This document shows positions 18,411 through 28,535 of a stretch of 64,000 nt of DNA, piece after piece; within the stretch, counting starts at the first letter, position 1; every line of letters begins with the position of its first letter. The stretch covers positions 69,398 through 133,397 of the forward strand of contig JBKQPC010000030.1 in NCBI GenBank assembly GCA_052145195.1, read 5' to 3'. The translations under genes and the position numbers were made by a program. The notes under the pieces were generated by a model. The model saw only the letters and a list, made by a program, of their open reading frames with translations. It was not told the origin of the DNA and did not search any database. This stretch comes from Terracidiphilus sp. (GTDB lineage: Bacteria > Acidobacteriota > Terriglobia > Terriglobales > Acidobacteriaceae).

Positions 18411-19586
18411 TTAAGGACAATTCATCGATTTCGGACGATGGATTACGACCAGATTACGGCCATGTTTCTTGGCATCATACATTGCCGCATCAGCGTTGCG
18501 CATCATTGCTTCCCAGCCGCCTTGCGCCGCATCAAACTGGGCCACGCCCGCGCTGACGGTAAAGTGAATAGGCCCGGTCTCAAAGGGTATCTCAAGCGCT
18601 TCAAAGGCCTGCCTCACGCGCTCCGCTGTGAGGATGGCGGCGGAAGCATGCGTGTCTGGCAGCAGGATGGCAAACTCCTCGCCTCCTGTTCGCGCAATCA
18701 GATCCTGACCACGCAGCATGGATTTCACCTGGTTCACTAAGACCTGCAACGCGAGGTCTCCCGCGGCATGTCCAAGCTCATCATTCAAACGCTTGAAATG
18801 ATCGATGTCAATGATGATGATGCAGAGCGGGCTGCCATGACGCAAGCTGCGCGCCGTTTCACGTCGTGCCGCTTCTTCCATGGATCTGCGATTCATAGCC
18901 CCGGTGAGGTAATCGGTGCGCGCCTGCTCGGCTAGTTCTCTGTTCAACTCGGTCACAAAAAACCACAGATCGCACAACACCATGAAGGTGGCAAGAAAAG
19001 CCATGGCGGCCAGAGAATACATCCACTGCGGATCGGCATGGGCATTAACAGTCACCCATGGGTGTATATAGCGCATGTTGGTCAGAGTGGCACGATAGGT
19101 AGCCACGCACGTGTCACCACATAGAATGGCCGCGGATATACGTGACACCGGGGTAAATGGCCCTATCCCGTGCTTCAACAGAATCCACACGGATGCACCG
19201 CACACGACAATAAAGGGAATGTTGATAATATTGCTGCAGTGTGGGATTTTGAAGAGAAACATGATGGTATAGATCACGAGCGCCACCGCGATTGCAATCC
19301 AGGGCCATCTGCTCCGCATGGGCTTGCGCACCACAAACCAGCGCAGGCCCATCAACTGCAACATGAAGGAAACAAGGTACAATTCGTTGTTTATCATGGG
19401 GCTGATTACGGTGGGCAATTTTCCTTCCAAGCCCTGCAAAATCAGCTTGGCCAAGCCAGCAATCAGGCCGCCTGCGAACCAGATCATTCCCGTCACGCGG
19501 CGGTTGTACCATGCGAGCAGACTGATGCACACGGTATAGACGGTTACCGAGGCGACGTTCACGAAAAAATACGTTCCGTAATCCAT
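18411..19586 (-). CDS. Membrane diguanylate cyclase (GGDEF), copy 1
   Basis: About 7 TM; TDYLTG, DIDHFKRLND, RGQD I-site and GGEEF. Confidence 0.92.
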   Translation of the reverse strand: MDYGTYFFVNVASVTVYTVCISLLAWYNRRVTGMIWFAGGLIAGLAKLILQGLEGKLPTVISPMINNELYLVSFMLQLMGLRWFVVRKPMRSRWPWIAIAVALVIYTIMFLFKIPHCSNIINIPFIVVCGASVWILLKHGIGPFTPVSRISAAILCGDTCVATYRATLTNMRYIHPWVTVNAHADPQWMYSLAAMAFLATFMVLCDLWFFVTELNRELAEQARTDYLTGAMNRRSMEEAARRETARSLRHGSPLCIIIIDIDHFKRLNDELGHAAGDLALQVLVNQVKSMLRGQDLIARTGGEEFAILLPDTHASAAILTAERVRQAFEALEIPFETGPIHFTVSAGVAQFDAAQGGWEAMMRNADAAMYDAKKHGRNLVVIHRPKSMNCP

Positions 19587-20036
19587 ATGCCCAACACAGA
19601 AGAAAACTGTATTCCCAGATGTTGTTGAAAAAACACAACATCGCGAATCGCATGAGCTATTTACAGTGTTCGCTACAATATAGTATTCGCAGTATCAGTT
19701 GATATCTATATTCGTTGCCGAGATACAGACACTGGCGTAACTCACATGACCTTTTGGGTAACCAAACCGCTCAACGCCCCTTTCGGCGTAACTCGCTTTT
19801 ATTCAACAACCAGGTCTTCCTGCGTCACTTCCCACACGCGGAGCGAATGCACCGCCATATGCCCGACGGAATCATGTCAATGCTTGACATCAAATAGATC
19901 CGCGAGAGGCGGAGTATTTTTTATATTCTTCACGTCTTTCACGGAGCGCGGAACCAGACCCGCGCATTCAAAAACGACTGACGGCGATTTGTCTCGGGAT
20001 GGCCGTAGCGGCGCACAAGATCGGGATATGCCTCAT

Positions 20037-21215
20037 TCAGTTATGGACAAGCATCGATTCCGGAAGATGGAAGACCACCAGATTACGGCCATTTTCTTTG
20101 GCCTCATACATGGCCGCATCGGCGCTGCGCATCATTCCCTCCCAACCGTCAGGCGTCGAATCAAGCTGGGCCACGCCCACGCTGACGGTTAAGTGAATAG
20201 GCCCTGTCTCGAAGGGAATATCGAGCGTGTCAATGGCTTGTCTCACCCGCTCCGCAGTGAGGACGCCGGCGGACATAGGCGTGTCTGGCAGCAAGATGGC
20301 GAACTCCTCGCCTCCCGTCCGCGCTAACGAATCCTCGCCGCGCAGCATGGATTTTATATGGCACACCAAGGCCCGCAAGGCGCGATCGCCGGCGGCATGC
20401 CCGCGCGCGTCATTCAGGCGCTTGAAATGATCGATATCGATCATGACCGCGCAGAGCGGGCTGCCATGCCTTAAGCTTCGCGCCGTCTCACGCAGGGCCG
20501 CTTCTTCCATCGCTCTTCGATTCATGGCTCCGGTGAGAGGGTCGGTGCGCGCCTGCTCGGCTAGTTCCCTCTCCAGTTCGGTCACCAGAAACCAGATATC
20601 GCACATCACCATGAAGGTGGCGAGAAAAGCCATGGCGGCCAGAGAATACATCCATCGCGGGTCGGCATGGGCATTGACCGTCTCCCACGGCCGCGCATAG
20701 ATCATGTTGGTCAGAGCGGCCCGGTAGACCGCCACGCACATGACTCCGCACAGAATGGCCGCATACACTCGCGACACCGCCGTAAACGGCGCACTTCCGT
20801 GCTTCAACAGAATCCACGCGGACGCGCCGCACACCGCAACAAAGGAAATATTGGTAAGATTGCCGCCGTACGGGATTCTCAGGAAAAACATGGCGGAATA
20901 GATCACCATCACCACCCCGACTGTAATCCAGGGCCAGCGGCTTCGCATCGGCTTGCGTACGACAAACCAGTGCAGGCCCATCAACTGCAACATGAAGGAG
21001 ACAACGTACAGCTGGTTGGCGATCATACTGCTGAGTACTATGGGCACTTTCCCTTCCAGGCCCTGCAAAATCAGCTTGAACAAGCCAACAATCAGACCGC
21101 TTGCGAACCAGGCGATTCCGGTTACGCGGCGGTTGTACCACGCAAGCATGCTGAGGCACACCGTAAAGACGGTTACCGTGGCGATGTTCGCGAAGAAGAA
21201 TGTTCCGTAGTCCAT
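20037..21215 (-). CDS. Membrane diguanylate cyclase (GGDEF), copy 2
   Basis: Close paralog of copy 1; TDPLTG, RGED and GGEEF. Confidence 0.92.
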   Translation of the reverse strand: MDYGTFFFANIATVTVFTVCLSMLAWYNRRVTGIAWFASGLIVGLFKLILQGLEGKVPIVLSSMIANQLYVVSFMLQLMGLHWFVVRKPMRSRWPWITVGVVMVIYSAMFFLRIPYGGNLTNISFVAVCGASAWILLKHGSAPFTAVSRVYAAILCGVMCVAVYRAALTNMIYARPWETVNAHADPRWMYSLAAMAFLATFMVMCDIWFLVTELERELAEQARTDPLTGAMNRRAMEEAALRETARSLRHGSPLCAVMIDIDHFKRLNDARGHAAGDRALRALVCHIKSMLRGEDSLARTGGEEFAILLPDTPMSAGVLTAERVRQAIDTLDIPFETGPIHLTVSVGVAQLDSTPDGWEGMMRSADAAMYEAKENGRNLVVFHLPESMLVHN

Positions 21216-21533
21216 TTTCCCAACACCAACGAAATCATTATTCCCAGATGTTGTTGAAAAAGCATCACCTCGTGAGGCGCCTCGTCGAAGCGGTACTCCA
21301 GCGTTTGCAACAATACCTACCTGCTGTATCGGCTCAAATCTGTATTTATTCGATTCATAAGATAAGGATGGATGTGATTATTAAGGCCAATTGGGGAGAT
21401 CAACAGCCACAATAGGACCAATTTCGAGCCAATTCGGCAAACAGATCATGTGGTTTTCCCGTTTTGCCACAGGCGGGCCGGGCTGTCACAATGACAAAAT
21501 AAGACGAAAGCAGACTTTGGCCCTGGCGCGACG

Positions 21534-23321
21534 ATGAAAATATGCCCGCAATGCGATACCGGCTATCCCGATAACGCCGTGACCTGCCCCACTCATGGGG
21601 GGTTGCTGAGCGAGATTATCGACCTGCGACCGGGAATGCTGATCCGCAAGACCTACCGGATAGAGCGGCTTCTGGGCAAGGGCGGGATGGGCTCGGTATA
21701 CCTGGCGCGGCACGAGCTGATGGACGCGCCGCGGGCATTGAAATTCCTGTCGCACGAGCTGAACAACGACGAGGCCTTTACCCGGCGCTTTCTGCGCGAG
21801 GGCCGGATGCTGCGCCAGGTGCGACACAAGAACGTGGTGGACTGCGGAGACCTGGAACGAGCCGAGGACGAGCGGCTGTTTTTCGCCATGGAGTTTGTGG
21901 ACGGGCCGGATTTGCGCGGCCTGATGCATGAGGCCGGCGGGCGGCTGGATGTGGCCGAGGCACTCAAGATAGCGCACGGCATCGCCGAGGGGCTTGGAGC
22001 GGCGCACGCCCTGGGGATGGTGCACAGGGACATCAAGCCGGAGAATGTGCTGATGGCGCGGGACAAATCCGGGTGGGTGCCCAAGATCGCCGACTTCGGG
22101 ATTGTGGCCACGGTGGAGAGCAGCACGGTGTACAAGACCACGCGCGGCAGCCTGCTGACGCCGCCCTACGCCGCGCCGGAGCAGTGGCGGGGCATGCGCT
22201 CGAGCGAGCTGGACGGGAGGACAGACCTGTATGCGCTGGGCGGAGTGATCTTCGAGATGCTCACCGGGCGGACGGTCTTCGAGGAGGAGAATTATGAAGG
22301 CTGGCTCTTTGCGCACATGCAGACGCCGCCGCGGCCTCCCAGCATCCTGCGCCCGGAGCTTGCCGGCTGGAAGGGGCTGGATGCGCTGGTACTGCGCCTG
22401 TTGGCCAAGGATCGCGAAGACCGGCCCAGAGATGTAGCCGAGCTGCTGGGACTACTTGACGCGGCGCGGCTGGTGGTCCCGGAAAGACAGCCGACGGTGC
22501 CTGAGATTCGGCGAGCTACCGTCGTTGAGCAAGAGCCGTCGAGGCCTTCTATGACGCCGATTCCGCAACCGGAGATTAACTTGAAGCCTGAGCCGGAACG
22601 GCAGGCGGGACAAGTCACGCGGTTGAGCCCGGAGCAGCCCCCGGAAGCGGAAGTGATAAAGCCACGGCGAGGCGCAAAATGGCTTCCCGAGGTGCTTATC
22701 GCCGCGGTCGTGCTGATGGTGTTTTTCTTTTCCTGGCAGGAGTCCCGGACGCGGGATGCCAATTTGTCTTCCGGGTCGCCCACGCAGACAACCCCCGGCA
22801 CGGAATCGCAGCCGCCTTCCCACACAGGCGCATCCGATCCGCAGTGTTCGCTGGACGCGATCTGTCAGCAGGCCAAGACATTGAGCGACCAGGGACACTT
22901 CAAGAAAGCCATTCCACTCTTCGAGCAGGCCTGCAAAGCCGGAGTTATGCAGGCGTGCAGCGAGCTGGGCCACCTATACGACTGGGCGCCCCACTTTACC
23001 GATGCCGACAGCGTGACCCAGGACTTTCCCCGAGCTGTGAAGCTCTATACACAAGCCTGCGATGCGGGCAACGCCGACGGCTGCTTAGGGCTCGGCTTTT
23101 CGTATGATCAGGGCCGTGGTGTCCCTCAGAATTCCACCCGCGCGGCGGCGCTCTATTCCAAAGCCTGCGACGGCAACAACGCCACCGCCTGCAATAATCT
23201 GGGGGTTCAGTTGATGGATGGCATGGGAGTTCCAAAGGATAAGGGAAAAGCGCGTGATGTTCTTCTGAGAGGCTGTTCGCTGGGCAGCAACACGGCCTGC
23301 GACTGGCTCAAACAACTGTAG
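21534..23321 (+). CDS. Hanks-type Ser/Thr kinase with Zn-ribbon, TM and Sel1-like repeats
   Basis: CPQC...CPTH; LGKGGMG, ALK, HRDIKPEN, DFG and APE; TM near aa 385-400; Cys-rich SLR repeats. Confidence 0.92.
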   Translation: MKICPQCDTGYPDNAVTCPTHGGLLSEIIDLRPGMLIRKTYRIERLLGKGGMGSVYLARHELMDAPRALKFLSHELNNDEAFTRRFLREGRMLRQVRHKNVVDCGDLERAEDERLFFAMEFVDGPDLRGLMHEAGGRLDVAEALKIAHGIAEGLGAAHALGMVHRDIKPENVLMARDKSGWVPKIADFGIVATVESSTVYKTTRGSLLTPPYAAPEQWRGMRSSELDGRTDLYALGGVIFEMLTGRTVFEEENYEGWLFAHMQTPPRPPSILRPELAGWKGLDALVLRLLAKDREDRPRDVAELLGLLDAARLVVPERQPTVPEIRRATVVEQEPSRPSMTPIPQPEINLKPEPERQAGQVTRLSPEQPPEAEVIKPRRGAKWLPEVLIAAVVLMVFFFSWQESRTRDANLSSGSPTQTTPGTESQPPSHTGASDPQCSLDAICQQAKTLSDQGHFKKAIPLFEQACKAGVMQACSELGHLYDWAPHFTDADSVTQDFPRAVKLYTQACDAGNADGCLGLGFSYDQGRGVPQNSTRAAALYSKACDGNNATACNNLGVQLMDGMGVPKDKGKARDVLLRGCSLGSNTACDWLKQL

Positions 23322-23374
23322 GATCGCGCCGCTGCGCATCCATGCTTGGGGACGGCTCAATCACAGGATGATTT

Positions 23375-25780
23375 TTATGTAACTCTTACAATGACGCCGG
23401 TAGCATCGTCTTGCTGCGGACAGTCGCCGGCAAAGCTGCGCGCGGCACGATAAATGCCATGCACGAGTTCGTTGGCTGAATCTTGCCGATGGGCGCGCAC
23501 GAATTCGAGAACTCCGCTGGCGCCGAACTCCACGTCTCCCGACGTGGCCATCTCCGTGGTGCCGTCCGTCAATAGAATCATGAGTTGCCGAGAGGATAAA
23601 GGTATTGTCGAGGTGACGAAATTGGAATCTGGAAATAGCCCCAGCGGCGGTCCTGAGCTTTCCAGCGCATGATCGATCTCGCCCGAAGCATTCATCAGAA
23701 AACCATAGACGTGCCCTGCGCTCGAATAAGACATGGAGCGATTGGTTCTATCCAGGCAAACCAGCAACATGGTGACGAAGCGCGCGTCCTCCAGGTCTGC
23801 AAGCAGCATATGGTTGACGCGGCACAATATCTTCGCCAAATCCGCTTCGACCTGGGCGAAGGAGCGCACATAAGCACGGGTCAACGCCATTACCAGGGCA
23901 GAATCCAGGCCGTGGCCGCTGACATCGCCAATACCGATGCAAGTGCGTCCGTCAGGCATTGAAAAGACGTCCAGGTAGTCGCCGCAAGCTTCCTTGGCTG
24001 GGTAGATGGCGCTGGCGATATCAAATCCGGCGTCGCACGTCATGGCTCCGATGTAGAAGCGCTGCTGAACGTTACGCGCCATTTGCAACTGCAGTTCCCT
24101 CTCCTGCTCTTTGCGGATCGCCGTAACGTCCTTGCAGACAGAAACAAAATGAGAGATGACGCCGTCGCTGTCCTTAATGGGGCTGATGGTCTGTTCCGCC
24201 CAATACAGTTCCCCGGACTTTTTGCGGTCCACAATCGTGCCATGGAAATCCTCCCCTTGCAGAATTTGATCCCAGAGCCGGTTGTAGAACTCCTTATCAT
24301 GCAGGCTGGACTTCAGGATGCCAGGCGTCTTGCCGACAACTTCCAGGCGGCCGTAACCGGTAATGACCTCAAACGCCGGATTAACATACTCAATGGCGCC
24401 GTAGCGGTCGGTGATCACGACGCTATCGGCGGTCTGTTCCACTGCCCGGGAAAGCAGACTGATAGTCTCCTGCGAGCGGCGCCGCTCCGATGCAGCGCGC
24501 TTCTGCTCCGTCATATCGCTGACCATGGCCAGCGCGCCTTCAAAGCTCCCGTCCCCGCCGATAAACGGCGAAGTGGTCACCCGCGCCCATAATGCTTTCC
24601 CATCCTTCCTGCGATAGCGGGTTTCAATCTGTTCGCTGACGCCCTGGCGGCGGCGCTCGAACTGGGCTTTTTTCTTCTCGATGTCCGTTTCGAACATAAA
24701 ATCAAAGAGCGGCCTGCCCAGCATTTCATGGATGGAATACCCCAGCATTTCCGCCATGCGGCGATTGACCAGGGAGGTTTCGAACTCGGCATTCACCTTC
24801 CAGATGCCTTCGTAAGCGGTCTCAACGATGCCGCGATAATTCTTCTCGCTGTGCTCCAGCGCTTCGAGAATACTCTGCTTGCGAATTAGCTCCGCTCTCT
24901 CCGAGATCACGGCGGCCAGCACCATGCCCGAGACCGAGGTGACAATGATAAAAGCCTGGAGCAGCTTGGCATTCTGCTCGACGTTGCCATAGATGACTAA
25001 CCCGTAGCCGTGAGCGGTCCCCCAGACGGCGATGGCGGAACTCAAAAAGCTCACGATTGCCGACCCGGCTACCTCGAAGCGTATGGCCCCCCAGAGCACG
25101 AAAGGGAAAACGCCGAAGGCGAATACGCCGGCATGCATGGATCCCAGCCGGTGACCAAAGATCAGCGAGGAACTGGCGATAGTTCCGAGCAGCAGGCACG
25201 CCAGTTCGACCGGCCGCCGCTTATTCAGGACCGTCATCAGCCCCCGAAAGGTCAGCATCAGCGGGGTAACGACCAACACGCCCGTGGCGTCGCCCCACCA
25301 CCACTTCAGCCATCCCGGCGCAACGCCAGGCCAGGCACTCTTGAGGGTGAGAGCCAAAACTGCCGTGCCGATGGTCGCGCTGACCAGTGTGCCGCATACG
25401 GCGCCACAAATACAGAGTCCGAGCACATCTCGAAGCCTGGTGAGAGAAGGCCTAAAATCGGGCAACTGCCGCAGGAGCCACGCGCCGCACAGCGGACCGG
25501 CGGTGCTACCCAAAGCGGTTCCTGCCGCGGCCAGATGCGGAATGCCGGTATGGTAATTGACGATGAATGCAGCCACGGCGACTGCCGGCCAGATGCGATA
25601 GCCAATGAGGAGCATGGCGGCTAACGCGACGCCCGCCGCCGGCCATACGGGGGAAATGGTTCCGCTGGTTAACGGGACATACAGCCCCAATTCGCCACCC
25701 AGTAAACAAGCGGCAAAAACGCAGACCTGTTCCAAAATCCAGCGGAGCACGCGAGGATTCTGCATGCGGTTCAGGTTCAT
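23375..25780 (-). CDS. MASE1-PAS-PAS-SpoIIE (PP2C) phosphatase, RsbU-like
   Basis: SPVWPAAGVALA and WWWGDATG (MASE1); two PAS/PAC domains; CGDY, GDVSGHG, TDG and DDAT. Confidence 0.9.
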   Translation of the reverse strand: MNLNRMQNPRVLRWILEQVCVFAACLLGGELGLYVPLTSGTISPVWPAAGVALAAMLLIGYRIWPAVAVAAFIVNYHTGIPHLAAAGTALGSTAGPLCGAWLLRQLPDFRPSLTRLRDVLGLCICGAVCGTLVSATIGTAVLALTLKSAWPGVAPGWLKWWWGDATGVLVVTPLMLTFRGLMTVLNKRRPVELACLLLGTIASSSLIFGHRLGSMHAGVFAFGVFPFVLWGAIRFEVAGSAIVSFLSSAIAVWGTAHGYGLVIYGNVEQNAKLLQAFIIVTSVSGMVLAAVISERAELIRKQSILEALEHSEKNYRGIVETAYEGIWKVNAEFETSLVNRRMAEMLGYSIHEMLGRPLFDFMFETDIEKKKAQFERRRQGVSEQIETRYRRKDGKALWARVTTSPFIGGDGSFEGALAMVSDMTEQKRAASERRRSQETISLLSRAVEQTADSVVITDRYGAIEYVNPAFEVITGYGRLEVVGKTPGILKSSLHDKEFYNRLWDQILQGEDFHGTIVDRKKSGELYWAEQTISPIKDSDGVISHFVSVCKDVTAIRKEQERELQLQMARNVQQRFYIGAMTCDAGFDIASAIYPAKEACGDYLDVFSMPDGRTCIGIGDVSGHGLDSALVMALTRAYVRSFAQVEADLAKILCRVNHMLLADLEDARFVTMLLVCLDRTNRSMSYSSAGHVYGFLMNASGEIDHALESSGPPLGLFPDSNFVTSTIPLSSRQLMILLTDGTTEMATSGDVEFGASGVLEFVRAHRQDSANELVHGIYRAARSFAGDCPQQDDATGVIVRVT

Positions 25781-26291
25781 TTCGGAAGTCAAATCAATAC
25801 TGCGTGAGGCTATCTTCAATAACCGTCCCTTGCTCGGGCATCTGGCAGCATGACACCGCCACATGGTTTAGCAGTCTGAATAGTGAACAAAAGTTGAAGG
25901 CATTTGTTAAGAGCGGGGAAATACCACGGGTAACAACTGCCTAATTGGATTCAGCAAGCGGGAATTGGATTTAAAAAAGCGCGCGATTTTTCATCATCGC
26001 GCGACATATGCCGGCATTGCGCCGTCTGCGGGGCGATCAATCGGCTACCATCTATCTTGTTTTCAATTATATAGAGTTACCCGCATTTGCCTTAGGGCAA
26101 GTGCGAATGCATCCTCCATGATTGGCTCGATTTTATCTGGAAGGCACGCTGATTGCGGACTTACCTTTGACACTTTTCAAACGGGTCAGACCACCTATTC
26201 TTGACACAACACCTAGTCAGCCCTGAAACTCGTTCAAGGCTGCCGGGGGCGCGGAGGGACGAATATGTTCCGGATCGCTCCAGAAAGGACG

Positions 26292-26741
26292 ATGACGAAC
26301 CCGGTGACGGAATCCAAGACAGGACGGCTGAGTATTTCACTGACATCCACCATGGAGAGCGTCGATGAGGTGGAAGCCGCGGCGGAGAAGCTGGCTGCCG
26401 AGGCCGGCCTGGACGAGGATGAGCTCTTCCACGTAACGATGGCGGCGCGCGAGGCGGCAGTGAACGCCGTTCTGCATGGCAACGAATACGACCCGGCAAA
26501 GCGGATCGCCGCAAGCTTTGAAAACACCGGCGATGCGCTGGTGATAACCATTTCCGACCAGGGCAAGGGGCTGGACCCGGAGAGGCTTCCCGACCCGCGC
26601 ACCCCGGAAAACCTGTTGCGCGGCACTGGCCGCGGGATTTTCCTCATCCGGTCTTTCATGGATGAGGTACACTTTCGACAACTGCATCCCGGAACCGAGC
26701 TGACGCTGGTCAAGCATCTGGCGGCGGGCAGAAAGGGATAA
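26292..26741 (+). CDS. rsbW: Anti-sigma factor Ser kinase (RsbW/SpoIIAB-like HATPase)
   Basis: EAAVNAVLHGN, DQGKG and GRGIFLIRSFMD motifs. Confidence 0.88.
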   Translation: MTNPVTESKTGRLSISLTSTMESVDEVEAAAEKLAAEAGLDEDELFHVTMAAREAAVNAVLHGNEYDPAKRIAASFENTGDALVITISDQGKGLDPERLPDPRTPENLLRGTGRGIFLIRSFMDEVHFRQLHPGTELTLVKHLAAGRKG

Positions 26742-26869
26742 GCGCCAATACCTGACCCTGGTGACGGATTGAGGAATCATTTTCAGCCGGAACAAAGGGC
26801 ACACAGAAATTCAACGCAGCCTAGAACATCAGAGTGCGATAATGGTAATACCAACAAGGAGGAATATCC

Positions 26870-27217
26870 GTGGCATTGACAATTACTTCCCGAGAAGTGA
26901 ACGGCGTCAGCGTTTTGGACCTCAGCGGGCGAATCACCTTGGGCGAGGGCAGCGTGCAGTTGCGTGAAGCCATTCGCAGCTTGATCGGCAAAGGTTCGAA
27001 GATCATCCTACTGAACCTGGGAAACGTAAACTACATCGACAGCTCGGGGTTGGGCGAGCTGGTGAGCGCCTTTACTACCGCCAAGAATCAGCAAGCCGAG
27101 GTCAAGCTGCTGAATCTTACCAAGAAGGTTCACGATTTACTGCAGTTGACCAAGCTGTACACAGTCTTCGACATCTACGACGACGAGGCCAGCGCCATCG
27201 CTTCGTTCAAGAAGTAG
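26870..27217 (+). CDS. rsbV: STAS anti-sigma factor antagonist (RsbV/SpoIIAA-like)
   Basis: LSGRITLG and YIDSSGLGELV (phospho-Ser); AAGGAGG RBS. Confidence 0.9.
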   Translation: MALTITSREVNGVSVLDLSGRITLGEGSVQLREAIRSLIGKGSKIILLNLGNVNYIDSSGLGELVSAFTTAKNQQAEVKLLNLTKKVHDLLQLTKLYTVFDIYDDEASAIASFKK

Positions 27218-27250
27218 GCAATCGGGGCCATGCCCCAGTTGCATCGGATT

Positions 27251-27288
27251 AAAAAAAGGCCATCCCACAGCGCGGGATGGCTTTTTTT
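27251..27288. terminator. Bidirectional rho-independent terminator
   Basis: A7-GGCCATCCC-loop-GGGATGGC-T7 between convergent genes. Confidence 0.85.
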
Positions 27289-27314
27289 GCGCCTGATTCA
27301 GGCGCCAGCCGTAT

Positions 27315-28118
27315 TCAAGCCAGCATGGAAACCTGTTCCGGTATGCCGATCACCGGCATGACAACCGCCGCCGGCTGCTGCGCGTGGGAATGAGCGCCGC
27401 AGGTAAGCCGGTGGACAAAATGGTAGGGCGGCCAAGGACCTGAGAGCTGCATCTGATACTCCCGCAACGAGGCACACGTGGTGGTGTACTTGTTCAGATA
27501 GCGCTCCACGCACTTTCTGTCGATCAGATGCGCGATATCGAGCGTCATCTTGCATTTATCGGTCAACCGGCAGCTGACCTCCTCGTCCAGCGGCACGAAC
27601 AGCCGGTGCATCTGGAAACTGACGGCGCGGGCGCGGGTCTGGCGCTCGCGCTGGCGGGCGGCATTCTCGCGCAGGTTGGTGAAATACTCCCGGCTCGCGC
27701 CGTCGACTTGCAGACGCTTGCCGGCGGCGTGGCTGCCACAGTCATCCACCAGAATTTTGAGATGCATTTCAGCCTTGCCGCGCAGCTTGTCGATATGGCC
27801 GAGGAACTGGCGCTGGTTGGAGCGAATGGATTTGCGCAGGCTCTCGTCATCGTGGAAAACGGTTCCAAAGCGGAAGGGCAGCACCGTGGAGTGCTGGAAG
27901 CAGTCGGAGATAACCCGGGCATGTTCTACGCCGGATTTCTGGTTAAGGGCATCTAAAGGGTTGTGTTCGCTGACGATTACGGCTAGTTCACAGGCGGGGT
28001 AAACAAAAACCTGGTTACCGCTGACACCGAGGACCGATTCCATCGGGATGGGTTTGCGATGACGGGCCAATTCAGGAAATGCTTGCTTTTCACCGATGCA
28101 GTAGGCATACCACGCCAT
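27315..28118 (-). CDS. GvpL/GvpF family protein (orphan)
   Basis: YAYCI N-terminus; H-x-x-VI...TVLPFRFGTVF; AHLID; SGPWPPYHF. Confidence 0.85.
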   Translation of the reverse strand: MAWYAYCIGEKQAFPELARHRKPIPMESVLGVSGNQVFVYPACELAVIVSEHNPLDALNQKSGVEHARVISDCFQHSTVLPFRFGTVFHDDESLRKSIRSNQRQFLGHIDKLRGKAEMHLKILVDDCGSHAAGKRLQVDGASREYFTNLRENAARQRERQTRARAVSFQMHRLFVPLDEEVSCRLTDKCKMTLDIAHLIDRKCVERYLNKYTTTCASLREYQMQLSGPWPPYHFVHRLTCGAHSHAQQPAAVVMPVIGIPEQVSMLA

Positions 28119-28535
28119 GACAAGACACTCCGTCTGCGTGCGCCGGAAAGCGCCACTAGTTGGTGAAGCTCTGGGAACATAGAAACAAAGACATAGAAGG
28201 CAAACGACCGGGGATAGAGAGCAAACCCGGGTAAGCTAGGGCAGATATTAGCCCTATGTAAATACTGCTGACAACACCGGACATCACAGAGCAGGGTGAA
28301 AGGAAGAAAACCCTTGAAGTCTATATTCACATAAGCAAAATATCGGTTGATAGCACGAACATAGATTTAATTCGGAGAGCCAGACAAGCCTGGGCGGCTA
28401 AACGTAACTTCCAGTGGGGCACTTTCCGGAGGCAAAACCCTGGATAATTCGACGCCATCACCATAGGGGGCATTGCCTGATTGCGCACTGCGCTACTCCG
28501 ACCCTTTCGAGTATTCTCATCGACAGGAGGAACGC

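Noticed and set aside
27315-28118. Gas vesicle gene cluster
   Set aside because: Only one GvpL/F gene; no gvpA or other gvp genes in the window
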